A stretch of 64,000 bases of DNA, taken from the NCBI GenBank assembly GCA_041659685.1, contig JBAZXV010000001.1:97616-161615 (forward strand). The letters are read 5' to 3'. Under the pieces are notes generated by a model. It made no database searches. It was not told the DNA's origin and saw nothing but the letters and a program-made list of their open reading frames with translations. Position 1 is the stretch's first letter; every line of letters starts with the position of its first letter. Shown one piece after another: positions 26,985 to 35,539 of this stretch. Origin of the DNA: Parcubacteria group bacterium (GTDB taxonomy: Bacteria > Patescibacteriota > Minisyncoccia > Moranbacterales > UBA11712). The translations under genes were made by a program, and so were the position numbers.

Positions 26985-27102
26985 CCTGTTTTTTCCCAAA
27001 AACAAAAGATTTTATGCCCTTATTTTATCACTAACCCCGCTATTATTCAAGAAAATCGCGGCCATGGCGGAAATCAAAAAACAGTATCCGAATATTGGAA
27101 AA

Positions 27103-27135
27103 GCCGTCAGACGCATGCGCCGGACGGCTTTTTTT
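27103..27135. terminator. GC-rich hairpin GCCGTCAGACGCATGCGCCGGACGGC plus T7 (bidirectional)
   Basis: Read directly. Lies downstream of the 27230-27589 gene on the minus strand. Confidence 0.55.
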
Positions 27136-27229
27136 CTCGAACTAATGATTCGTTGAAGGCTCCGTAGATAGCGGATGTGGTTCCATCCGAAAATATCGTT
27201 GTAGTCCGGCTTACCTGATCCTTATCTGC

Positions 27230-27589
27230 TTATACTGCTTGCCGACAAAGGGGACTCCTTCGGCTCTTTTTCCTGGGACTTGATACTGCTCCTTGAGAAA
27301 ATCTGGGCAGCAATGAGGCGCTGGCGCGCCGGTTCTTTACCCAGTCGATGCGGAGCTGATCCCCGGCGGCTGTTCCTCGTGGCACAAATATCTCCACCTG
27401 ATCCTTTTCTTTGTGAACCTTGTCAGGGGTGAAATGGCAGATACTACCGCCTTTTTCCAGCCACCCAGTTAAAATAAGGGTGTTTTCGGAACGGCGGGAA
27501 GCCATTTTCAGGTCAAATCCTGCCTCAGGAAGCGTAATGATGCTTCCTTTTCCCAATGTGAATGTTCCTAACGCTGCCCCTACCATCAA
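27230..27589 (-). CDS. hypothetical protein (118 aa) in a higher-GC segment
   Basis: GGAGGT sits 8 nt upstream of the ATG. Arg/Ser-rich tail. No domain recognised. Confidence 0.4.
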   Translation of the reverse strand: MMVGAALGTFTLGKGSIITLPEAGFDLKMASRRSENTLILTGWLEKGGSICHFTPDKVHKEKDQVEIFVPRGTAAGDQLRIDWVKNRRASASLLPRFSQGAVSSPRKKSRRSPLCRQAV

Positions 27590-27672
27590 GTGGTACCTCC
27601 AGGTTGGTTTTGGAACTTCAATTGACAGTATACTATGCCAAAAACAGCATATTTGTCAAGTAGTAGTACGAG

Positions 27673-27701
27673 TTGACAAAATGAACTATTTTATCTATAG
27701 T
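27673..27701 (+). promoter_or_regulatory. strong sigma70-like promoter TTGACA-17-TATAGT for the 27742/28152 cassette
   Basis: Exact -35 hexamer, 17-nt spacer and TATAGT -10. The downstream RBS GGGAGGA precedes a GTG start. Confidence 0.55.
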
Positions 27702-27741
27702 ACAACCACAAAAAAATTTTAACAAGAAGGGAGGACTGGTT

Positions 27742-28119
27742 GTGGCGAGATTAATAAGATTGCCCTCGGCTTTTGTCGGATTGGTCATTTTTGTTGTCCT
27801 TTTCGTTGTTTTGGTTAAGTTCGGCTGGCTATGGAAACCGACCGGAAGCGGGTTCCTTTGGGCCGGACCGGTATTGGGAGACTTTTTGGTTGCCATGTAT
27901 GCATCGGCAGTCTGCGCTCTTGCCTGGTTTCTCTTAAGAGAAAAGTTGGCGGGAGCAATTGTTATGCGGAGGATTATCAAGTTCCGTAATCCGCATTTCT
28001 CTTTTCAGGAAAGACTGGCAGCCTTTGAAGAAGCGAAAGAATGGCTGCCTTATACATCCGGAAAACCGGCTGATGAATTCAAGAAGGTAGAATTGACTGC
28101 CGCGGCAATTTTTGTGTAG
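27742..28119 (+). CDS. membrane protein (GTG start, 3 TM), higher GC
   Basis: GGGAGGA RBS. Hydrophobic profile. Confidence 0.5.
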   Translation: MARLIRLPSAFVGLVIFVVLFVVLVKFGWLWKPTGSGFLWAGPVLGDFLVAMYASAVCALAWFLLREKLAGAIVMRRIIKFRNPHFSFQERLAAFEEAKEWLPYTSGKPADEFKKVELTAAAIFV

Positions 28120-28151
28120 TTTAGCTTCAACTTCACGCAAGGGGGTCAATA

Positions 28152-28496
28152 ATGAAAGCCACCAAACTGGTCGTTATCCGTTCCCTGATTATTTTGGCGG
28201 GAACGTCAATCTTCTATTATTGGGTGGTAAACGGAGGGAAATTTGTTCCTCTGGCGTCTAATTTTAAATTGGTAACGTCCGGGGTAATCGGCCTGGCATT
28301 TGCCCTTCTCCTCGAGATCTATCTGCATTACTGGCATGAGGACAAGGCCGTGGAATTTTATTGTAAATATATCCGACTCGGAAACACCGATGCCGGGAGG
28401 GAGGCATATTATCAATATAAAAACCATACGAAGCATCTTTCGGCGCATGGCATTAGAAATGTTGCCGAAAGAGCAAGCGCCCTCATCGGCATTTGA
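28152..28496 (+). CDS. membrane protein (114 aa, 2-3 TM), higher GC
   Basis: RBS AAGGGGG sits 6 nt upstream of the ATG. Confidence 0.5.
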   Translation: MKATKLVVIRSLIILAGTSIFYYWVVNGGKFVPLASNFKLVTSGVIGLAFALLLEIYLHYWHEDKAVEFYCKYIRLGNTDAGREAYYQYKNHTKHLSAHGIRNVAERASALIGI

Positions 28497-28520
28497 ACCT
28501 TGGCCGTGAAACTATTGACA

Positions 28521-28560
28521 ATAGCCGCTTCGGAGAGGATCCTCTCTCTGAAGCGGCTAT
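28521..28560. terminator. long near-perfect hairpin ATAGCCGCTTCGGAGAGGATCCTCTCTCTGAAGCGGCTAT ending the two-gene cassette
   Basis: Read directly. No U-tract, so it may also be a protein-binding palindrome. Confidence 0.45.
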
Positions 28561-28583
28561 TAATTTAGAAAAAGTTTGCTTTG

Positions 28584-28654
28584 CTCCGGGACTTGGATTC
28601 GAACCAAGGTTACCTGATCCAGAGTCAGGCGTCCTACCACTAGACGATCCCGGA
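28584..28654 (-). tRNA. tRNA-Gln (anticodon CTG)
   Basis: Minus-strand fold with a 7-bp acceptor stem (U1:A72), D-loop AGTGGTA, anticodon loop CUCUGGA and TPsiC GGTTCGAATCC. CCA is not encoded. Confidence 0.8.
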
Positions 28655-28765
28655 ATATTTCATCTGCCTTAAATCCCGCTTTCAAAGATGTCCTATTCCA
28701 CTCGAATGAGGCGCGATATCAGATAAATGCTATACTAAAACGAAAAATAATTCAAGCAAAAAAGC

Positions 28766-28790
28766 CTTCCGGAGGCTTTTTCTTTGGCAA
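28766..28790 (-). terminator. weak terminator hairpin (AGCCT-tccgg-AGGCT) flanked by A/T runs after ftsX
   Basis: aaaaaagccttccggaggctttttc. Confidence 0.4.
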
Positions 28791-28797
28791 GAAATGT

Positions 28798-29706
28798 CTA
28801 TATCTTGAGATAGCGCCGAATTGCCAAAATGCTGCTGGTCACGCCGAGAATCACGCCGAGAAGGAGCTGAACCAGAAAAATAATTATAAAATATTGCGTA
28901 AATCCGTTCTGAATGACATTAACATATCCCGATCCGACGATATAGGGCGTCACAATTTTAACAATCGGAATTAAGAGCAAAATAGCGATACAGGCAGCGA
29001 CTGTGCCGTAAATAATCCCTTCAAAAATAAACGGCAGACGGATATAGGTGTTCGATGCGCCGACAAGCCTCATTATCTCAATCTCCGTTCCGTGGTTGAA
29101 AATTGTCATGCGAATAACGTTGAAGGTTATCAGAATAGCAATAAGTGAAAATAAAACAAAGAGAAATGCCCCGGTTTTGCGGATCGTTTTCAAAGTTGAG
29201 TTAAAGCGGTCAATAACCAGTTTATATTGCTGGTAATTGATACTGGCTATGTTTTCTTTGTAGGCTGAATTTTCTATTGATTTTGCGATAATGTCGTACT
29301 GTTCCGGATTAATCGCTTTTATATTGACGGAAGCCAGGAGCGGATTGTCGTCGACGGCTTCGATTGCGCTTAGGATTTCCGGTTTATTGGCATTGTTTTC
29401 CTTGAATTCCGCGAGAGCCCGGTCTTTGGAAATGATATCGGCGGACTTAACTTCCCTGTAAGTAAGGATTTCGGACCGGAAGGCGGCCATTTGCGCCTCG
29501 GCGACTTCGCCTTTGAAATACACCCGGATATCGATTTTATCCTGGATGTATTTCAGTCCCAAATTGGCAATAATACTGAGGACGATGATTATGCTGATTA
29601 TAAGAAGGGAAAGCGTCAAAATACTGACGGCGGCCACGCTTAAAGACCCGTTTCGGTAAAAATTCTGAAATCCGGTCTTTAGAGTTCTTGAGATGGTTAA
29701 TAGCAT
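28798..29706 (-). CDS. ftsX: cell division permease FtsX
   Basis: 4-TM FtsX topology with a large periplasmic loop, directly downstream of ftsE. Confidence 0.85.
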   Translation of the reverse strand: MLLTISRTLKTGFQNFYRNGSLSVAAVSILTLSLLIISIIIVLSIIANLGLKYIQDKIDIRVYFKGEVAEAQMAAFRSEILTYREVKSADIISKDRALAEFKENNANKPEILSAIEAVDDNPLLASVNIKAINPEQYDIIAKSIENSAYKENIASINYQQYKLVIDRFNSTLKTIRKTGAFLFVLFSLIAILITFNVIRMTIFNHGTEIEIMRLVGASNTYIRLPFIFEGIIYGTVAACIAILLLIPIVKIVTPYIVGSGYVNVIQNGFTQYFIIIFLVQLLLGVILGVTSSILAIRRYLKI

Positions 29707-29721
29707 ATGGATGGAAAAAAA

Positions 29722-30411
29722 TTATATGGCATATCTTCCTTTGCTATGATCGCGGATTACCCTTCCCTGATCAAGGGTAATTACGCGCCGCTTGACGTTA
29801 TTGACTATATCTTTGTCATGGGTGGCCAAAATTACGGTTGTTCCGAGCTTATTGATCTTAAGGAGTAGTTGGATTATCCCCCAGGCGCTGATGGGATCCA
29901 AATTTCCCGTCGGCTCATCGGCAATTATAAGGGCCGGCCGGTGGACAAGCGCCCGCGCTATCGCCACTCTTTGCTGTTCCCCTCCCGAAATTTCATCAGG
30001 ATAGCTTTCTATTTTGTTCGAAAGTCCGACAATTTCAAGTATCTGAGGGACGCTACTGTGAATTTCCCTTGTCGGATATCCGGAGACCTCGAGAGCAAAA
30101 GCCACATTTTCATAGACGGTTTTTTTTCTCAGAAGCTTGAAATCCTGAAAAATCGTGCCAATGCGGCGGCGATGGTATGGAAGTTTTTTCGAGTTCAGTT
30201 TTGTGATGTCCTGCTCTTCAAATAAAATCTGGCCGGATGTCGGCTTTTCTTCGGCATAGATCAGCTTCAAAATGGTTGATTTCCCCGCTCCGCTGTGTCC
30301 GACAAAAGAAACAAATTCTTCTTTCTCAATCTTAAAACTGACGTTATCCAGGGCGGTAGTCTGGGTCATTCCGCTTCCGTATGATTTTTTAACATCTATA
30401 AATTCGATCAT
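29722..30411 (-). CDS. ftsE: cell division ATP-binding protein FtsE
   Basis: Walker A GHSGAGKST, ABC signature LSGGEQQR, Walker B ILLADEPT. Confidence 0.9.
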   Translation of the reverse strand: MIEFIDVKKSYGSGMTQTTALDNVSFKIEKEEFVSFVGHSGAGKSTILKLIYAEEKPTSGQILFEEQDITKLNSKKLPYHRRRIGTIFQDFKLLRKKTVYENVAFALEVSGYPTREIHSSVPQILEIVGLSNKIESYPDEISGGEQQRVAIARALVHRPALIIADEPTGNLDPISAWGIIQLLLKINKLGTTVILATHDKDIVNNVKRRVITLDQGRVIRDHSKGRYAI

Positions 30412-30454
30412 TGGATTGCTGGCATCCTAATATTCAAAAAATATTCCTCGATAA

Positions 30455-31538
30455 TTATTTTTGCTTTAAATATGCCTCAATAAAGTCATCTAATTTTCCG
30501 TCAAGCACTTCCTCGGGATTTTTCGATTCATGCTTTGTGCGGTGGTCCTTCACGAGCTTGTAGGGATGGAGAACATATGATCTTATCTGGCTTCCCCACT
30601 GAACCAATGCGTGTTCGCCTTTCAGTTTTTCTTTTTCTTTTTTCCTGTCTTCCTCGTTTTTTTGGAATAACTTTGCTTTGATAATTTTCAGCGCCTGCTC
30701 TTTGTTTTGAAGCTGGCTTCGTTCGCTTTGGCAGGAAACTACGATGCCGGACGCAAGATGGGTAATTCTGACGGCGCTGTCGGTCTTATTCACATGCTGA
30801 CCGCCGGCTCCGCTGGCCCGGAAGGTGTCTATTCGAAGATCGCTCGGCTTTATTTCCACTTTCTCTATTTTATCAATTTCCGGCAAAACTTCGACCAGGG
30901 CAAACGATGTCTGCCTTAAATTATTGGCGTTGAACGGCGACAGCCTCACTAGCCGGTGAACCCCGGCTTCCGTCTTGAGGTAGCCATAGGCCAACTTCCC
31001 GATTATTTCAATTGTAACGCTTTTTATCCCGGCTTCCTGCCCTCGTGATTCAGAAATTATCTTTGTTTTCCAGCTCTTTCGTTCGAAAAATCTCAAATAC
31101 ATCCTAAGAAGCATCTCTGCCCAGTCCTGGGCGTCGGCTCCGCCGGTTCCGCTGTGAATCGCCAGTATGGCATTCCCCCGGTCGTATTTATCCCCGAATA
31201 AAAGCTCAAATTCAATTCCTTCAAGAATTTTTTCCGCTTGGCCGATCTGTCCGGTAATTTCTTTTTTTATTTTCTCATCGCCCGCGGATATTCCGGCTAT
31301 TTCCCTTAAGTTATCCACTTCAAATTCCAGATCGCTAAGCTTTTTTATGTCAGATCGCAAAGTTTCAAGCTCCTGCATTATTTTTTTTGCCTCTTCGGTG
31401 TCTTGCCAAAAATTTTCTTTTTTGCTGATTTCTTCCAATTCGCTTATCTTCGCCCTTTTTTCGGGTAAGTCAAAGGCGGTCGCTTACGGAAGCGAGTCTC
31501 AATAATAAATCATCAATTTTTTTTGCGATTTCCTGCAT
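30455..31538 (-). CDS. prfB: peptide chain release factor 2 with programmed +1 frameshift (CTT TGA C at 31475-31469)
   Basis: ORF0 MQEIAKKIDDLLLRLASVSDRL ends at in-frame TGA 31472-31470 inside CTTTGAC. The +1 frame continues DLPEKRAKISELEEISKKENFWQD into the annotated 327-aa body, which carries the SPF and GGQ motifs. Confidence 0.85.
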
Positions 31539-31643
31539 GAAGAAATAATAACACAAACGGGATTGTGTTGCCAGAAGTCAATCCGCTGATATATAATGTT
31601 GATGTTATTAAGACAGCCTCCGGGCCCGGTATCGCCTGACCGA

Positions 31644-31714
31644 GCGGAATTAGTATAGTGGCAGTACGTCAGCTTCCCAAGCTGAAGACGCGAGTTCGAT
31701 TCTCGTATTCCGCT
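31644..31714 (+). tRNA. tRNA-Gly (anticodon CCC)
   Basis: GCGGAAT acceptor stem, anticodon loop TTCCCAA, TPsiC GTTCGATTC. Read by hand. Confidence 0.8.
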
Positions 31715-31769
31715 CAGTCGAGCGATGGCGGACGATTTTCAGGCCGTTTTTTTGGAAAATTATTATGAC

Positions 31770-31842
31770 GCCCACATAGCTCAGCTGGTAGAGCAATGCT
31801 TTCGTAAAGCAGAGGTCGTCGGTTCGACTCCGACTGTGGGCT
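31770..31842 (+). tRNA. tRNA-Thr (anticodon CGT)
   Basis: GCCCACA...TGTGGGC acceptor stem, AGCTGGTAGAGC D-arm, anticodon loop TTCGTAA, GGTTCGACTCC T-arm. Confidence 0.85.
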
Positions 31843-31844
31843 CA

Positions 31845-31875
31845 CAAAAAAACGGCCTTTTCAAGGGCCGTTTTT
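31845..31875. terminator. bidirectional terminator AAAAAAACGGCCttttcaagGGCCGTTTTT
   Basis: Sits between tRNA-Thr (+) and the stop of the PPIase gene (-). Confidence 0.6.
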
Positions 31876-31891
31876 GAATAAATATTTTCGA

Positions 31892-32941
31892 CTAAAATAT
31901 TGAGGGATCGCCCTCGGAATTCGCTTCCAGATTATCTTCAAATTGCCGAAGATCCGCATTGCTGAACTCGATCCGGGCATTGTTCGCGCTCCATTGATAA
32001 CCGCTGATAAAAACAAACACCTGATCTTTTTTTGTTTCGTCCTTCAGCCAGTCGGAAAAAGTGGTTTTTTTGACGAAAATTTGGCGGAGGTGAACAAGAT
32101 CTTCTCCGTTATCGCTCTTTTTTTCCTCCAGTTTTATTATGTGAAAGCCAAGCGGACTTTCTATTGCCCCGCTAACGTCTCCGGGTTTCATTGAAAAGGC
32201 GACTTCCGCCAGTTCGGGTATGAGCTGGTCCTTTGTCGACCAGCCGAGATCCCCTTTATTTTCGGAGCTCTGTCCTTCGGAAGTTTCAGCGGCAACTTTG
32301 GAAAAATCCTCTTTTTTTGCGGCAACCCTTTCGTAAAGGGAGTCTATTTTATCCTTTTGGACGGATGTGTCGGTTTCCGACTCGAATGCTTCGGTTAGTT
32401 TTTCGGCGTACATTTCTGGTTTTACCACTTTTTGCTTGAAATCATCAAGCGTCCAGCCGTAAAGTCTTGCCAATTCGCTCATTAAATTCTGACGATTGCC
32501 GAACTGCTCGATATTGCTGTCAACTTCCTGATCGATTGTGGAATCGCTGATATATATTTTCCTTTTTTTGGCCAGGGATTCGATAACTTTGTTTTCAATC
32601 AATTTGTTGAGGATTTCTTTTTCTTTAACTTTCAGCCGTTTCTTTCCCTGATCGGTTGAAAAATCAATTCTCATGCCCAATTTTTCGAAATCCTGCGATT
32701 CATAAAATTTCTGGACAGACTTTTCATCTTCTTTCATTTCGCCGACCGGGATAATTCCGGCTCCCTTGATATAAACAGCCGGAAAGGGAATAATTTTTTC
32801 GGTAATCTGCATTAAGCGGTTATCCCAGTTGAACTTATAAATTCCCAGAACCAGCGCAGAAAGAACCAGAAAAATAAAAACCGCCGCCGATGCCACGACA
32901 ATTAAAAGCCTTAAATGCCCCTTTTTGTTTTTTTTGCTCAT
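31892..32941 (-). CDS. membrane-anchored parvulin-type peptidyl-prolyl isomerase (PrsA/SurA-like)
   Basis: C-terminal PpiC domain (FSMKPGDVSGAIESPLGFHIIK) with an N-terminal TM. Confidence 0.7.
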   Translation of the reverse strand: MSKKNKKGHLRLLIVVASAAVFIFLVLSALVLGIYKFNWDNRLMQITEKIIPFPAVYIKGAGIIPVGEMKEDEKSVQKFYESQDFEKLGMRIDFSTDQGKKRLKVKEKEILNKLIENKVIESLAKKRKIYISDSTIDQEVDSNIEQFGNRQNLMSELARLYGWTLDDFKQKVVKPEMYAEKLTEAFESETDTSVQKDKIDSLYERVAAKKEDFSKVAAETSEGQSSENKGDLGWSTKDQLIPELAEVAFSMKPGDVSGAIESPLGFHIIKLEEKKSDNGEDLVHLRQIFVKKTTFSDWLKDETKKDQVFVFISGYQWSANNARIEFSNADLRQFEDNLEANSEGDPSIF

Positions 32942-32957
32942 ATAAATTAATTTTAGG

Positions 32958-33377
32958 CTAATTTCTTTGGGTAAAGAAGAATTTCAGCCATTTCTGCCAA
33001 TTCGGGGAAGTATCGTCTTTGGGAGAGGATAAATCATTTTCCGTCGCCGGTTTCTGATCCGTATTTTCTGATTCTTTGCGCAAAACAACCATCTGCTCAT
33101 TTTCTTTTTGAAGATTCAGTTTTTCTCTGGCTTCTTTTTCCTGGAATTCCTGGGTTGAAAAATAAGCAATCAGGTTATTAAGCTCGCCGTTTTCCTGGTT
33201 GAGCTTTTTGACTTGAGTTTGGAGACCTTCGATTTCCTTTTGGACCTGTCTTTTTTTATAGGTTTCTTTTCCGAGCGAAATTCCAATTGAAACCAAAACG
33301 GCAAGTCCGGCGACAAAAAAAAGTCCGGAAATTATTTTGTTACTCGCTTTTGTTTTGTCATTATTCCCTCGTGCCAC
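32958..33377 (-). CDS. septum formation initiator (FtsB/DivIC-like)
   Basis: N-terminal TM followed by a coiled coil (LQTQVKKLNQENGELNNLI). Confidence 0.55.
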   Translation of the reverse strand: MARGNNDKTKASNKIISGLFFVAGLAVLVSIGISLGKETYKKRQVQKEIEGLQTQVKKLNQENGELNNLIAYFSTQEFQEKEAREKLNLQKENEQMVVLRKESENTDQKPATENDLSSPKDDTSPNWQKWLKFFFTQRN

Positions 33378-33401
33378 TATAAATAGATCTAAAAATTTTC
33401 T

Positions 33402-33512
33402 TAGTAATTTCCAAACAGAGGAGCGACAGTAAAAGCAATCATTGAAAGGACCGCCAGAAGCGAGATTACAACCCAGATTGTTTTTAAATTTTTTCGGTGC
33501 TTAGCCTTCATT
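33402..33512 (-). CDS. candidate micro-protein (36 aa, 1 TM)
   Basis: Hand-read ATG...TAA encoding MKAKHRKNLKTIWVVISLLAVLSMIAFTVAPLFGNY. Below the ORF-track cutoff. Confidence 0.2.
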
Positions 33513-33631
33513 GAGAGATAATTTGATGAATAATAAATTTAGTATGTTTCGAAAGCCGGAATCATTCCCGATAATCTGCCATGCCTTATTTTTCGGGAAA
33601 TTGACTGCATTTAGGCGTTTTTATTATAACA

Positions 33632-35449
33632 CTATTTTCTTAAAACCGCCAAAAAAGCTGTGCTGGGGATGTCCACCTTTCCGGAAACGACCATCTTTTT
33701 CTTCCCTTTCTTTTGTTTTTCAAGAAGCTTCCTTTTTCGCGTCACATCCCCTCCATACAGTTTCGCCGTCACGTCTTTACGGAAAGCTTTGATGGTTTCC
33801 CGGGCGATAATTTTCCCGCCGATCGCGGCCTGAATAGCCACCTGGAAATTTTGCCTGGGTATGGCGTTTTTAAGTTTTTCGACAGTCGCTTTTCCTTCTG
33901 AAAGGGATTTCTCCTGAGGCACGATTCTTGAAAAGGCGTCAATGCTGTCGCCGGCCACCAAAATATCCAGCTTAACAAGATTATTCGGGCGATAGCCGAT
34001 AACCTCGTAATTCATGGAAGCAAAGCCGCTCGATACGCTTTTTAACCGGTCATGAAGATCAATAATAACGTCGGTTAAGGGGGCCTCAAAAGTCATAATC
34101 AACCGCTCGCTGTCGATATATTCGGTATTTTTATATTCGGCTCTCGTATTGTTCATAAGATCCATCAGTCCGCCCAAATATGACGATGGAGATACTATAT
34201 CCAATTTTACATACGGTTCCTCGATAGATTCGATTACGGACGGATCCGGCAGGTCAAGGGGTGAAAAAACTATAATTTTTTCTTTTCCGCCCTTTATATT
34301 CACTTCATAGACCACGCTGGGGGTGGTAATTACCGGCTCGATCTCAAATTCGCGCCTCAGTCTTTCCTGAATAATTTCAAGATGAAGAAGGCCCAGAAAG
34401 CCGCATCGAAACCCCCTGCCGAGCGCCTGGTTGCTTTCCGGCTCGAAAGTGAAGGCGGCATCATTAAGCTTGAGTTTTCCAAGGGCGTCACGCATAAAAT
34501 TATAATCATCCCCTTCTGCCGGATAAAGGCTCGCATAAACCATTGGCACCACTTCCTTATATCCGGGAAGAGACTCGACTTCTTCCGCCGCGCTTTGAAG
34601 GGTTATAGTGTCCCCTACGCGGCAATGCTCAACACTCTTGAATCCGGTTGCGATGTAACCGATTGTTCCGGCCGACAAAATCTGTCCCTTTCTCAGGTCG
34701 GGAGAAAAATAGCCCACCTCGATGACCGAGCTATGCTGTTTTGTGGCCATGGTCAGGATCTTGTCCTCTGATTTTATTTCTCCGTCAATAATTTTTGCGT
34801 AAGCCAAAACTCCCTTGAATATGTCATATTTTGAATCAAAAATAAGGGCGCGGAGAGGTTTTTTGGGATCTCCCGAAGGAAACGGAATTTTTTTCACTAT
34901 AGCCTCGATTATCGCCTCAACTCCCTGCCCCGTTTTTCCGCTGGCTTCAAGGATTTCATCCTCTTTGCAGCCGAGAAGATGGATGATTTCACCTTTCACT
35001 TTTTCAACTTGGGCGTTGGGCAGATCAATCTTGTTAATCACCGGAATAATCTCAAGACCCTGCTCAACGGCCTGATACAGGTTGGCAACTGTTTGCGCCT
35101 GAACGCCCTTAGTGGCGTCTACCAAAAGAACAGCGCCCTCAACCGCCGCCAGGGAACGCGAAACCTCATAGCCGAAATCAACATGACCGGGAGTGTCAAT
35201 CAGATTTAGGATATATTTCTGGCGGGAATCGGAAACGGGATCTTTAATTTCGAAATTCATTCTTACCGGCTGGAGCTTTATTGTTATTCCCCTTTCTCTT
35301 TCCAAATCCATAGTGTCAAGAAGCTGTTCCTTCATTTTTCGCTGTTCCACGGTTCGGGTAACTTCAAGCATCCGATCGGCAAGAGTCGATTTTCCATGGT
35401 CTATATGGGCTATGATGCAAAAATTTCTTATCTTTTCTTGTTCAGTCAT
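33632..35449 (-). CDS. lepA: elongation factor 4 (LepA)
   Basis: NFCIIAHIDHGKSTLADR G1 motif and LepA-specific C-terminus. Confidence 0.95.
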   Translation of the reverse strand: MTEQEKIRNFCIIAHIDHGKSTLADRMLEVTRTVEQRKMKEQLLDTMDLERERGITIKLQPVRMNFEIKDPVSDSRQKYILNLIDTPGHVDFGYEVSRSLAAVEGAVLLVDATKGVQAQTVANLYQAVEQGLEIIPVINKIDLPNAQVEKVKGEIIHLLGCKEDEILEASGKTGQGVEAIIEAIVKKIPFPSGDPKKPLRALIFDSKYDIFKGVLAYAKIIDGEIKSEDKILTMATKQHSSVIEVGYFSPDLRKGQILSAGTIGYIATGFKSVEHCRVGDTITLQSAAEEVESLPGYKEVVPMVYASLYPAEGDDYNFMRDALGKLKLNDAAFTFEPESNQALGRGFRCGFLGLLHLEIIQERLRREFEIEPVITTPSVVYEVNIKGGKEKIIVFSPLDLPDPSVIESIEEPYVKLDIVSPSSYLGGLMDLMNNTRAEYKNTEYIDSERLIMTFEAPLTDVIIDLHDRLKSVSSGFASMNYEVIGYRPNNLVKLDILVAGDSIDAFSRIVPQEKSLSEGKATVEKLKNAIPRQNFQVAIQAAIGGKIIARETIKAFRKDVTAKLYGGDVTRKRKLLEKQKKGKKKMVVSGKVDIPSTAFLAVLRK

Positions 35450-35539
35450 ATACTATAATCTAGCTTATTTTCATCTTTTTGCAAATGAAAAACGTCCCGT
35501 TTTGCGGAACGCATTAATTTTTGGTTCCAACTTTTTTCA

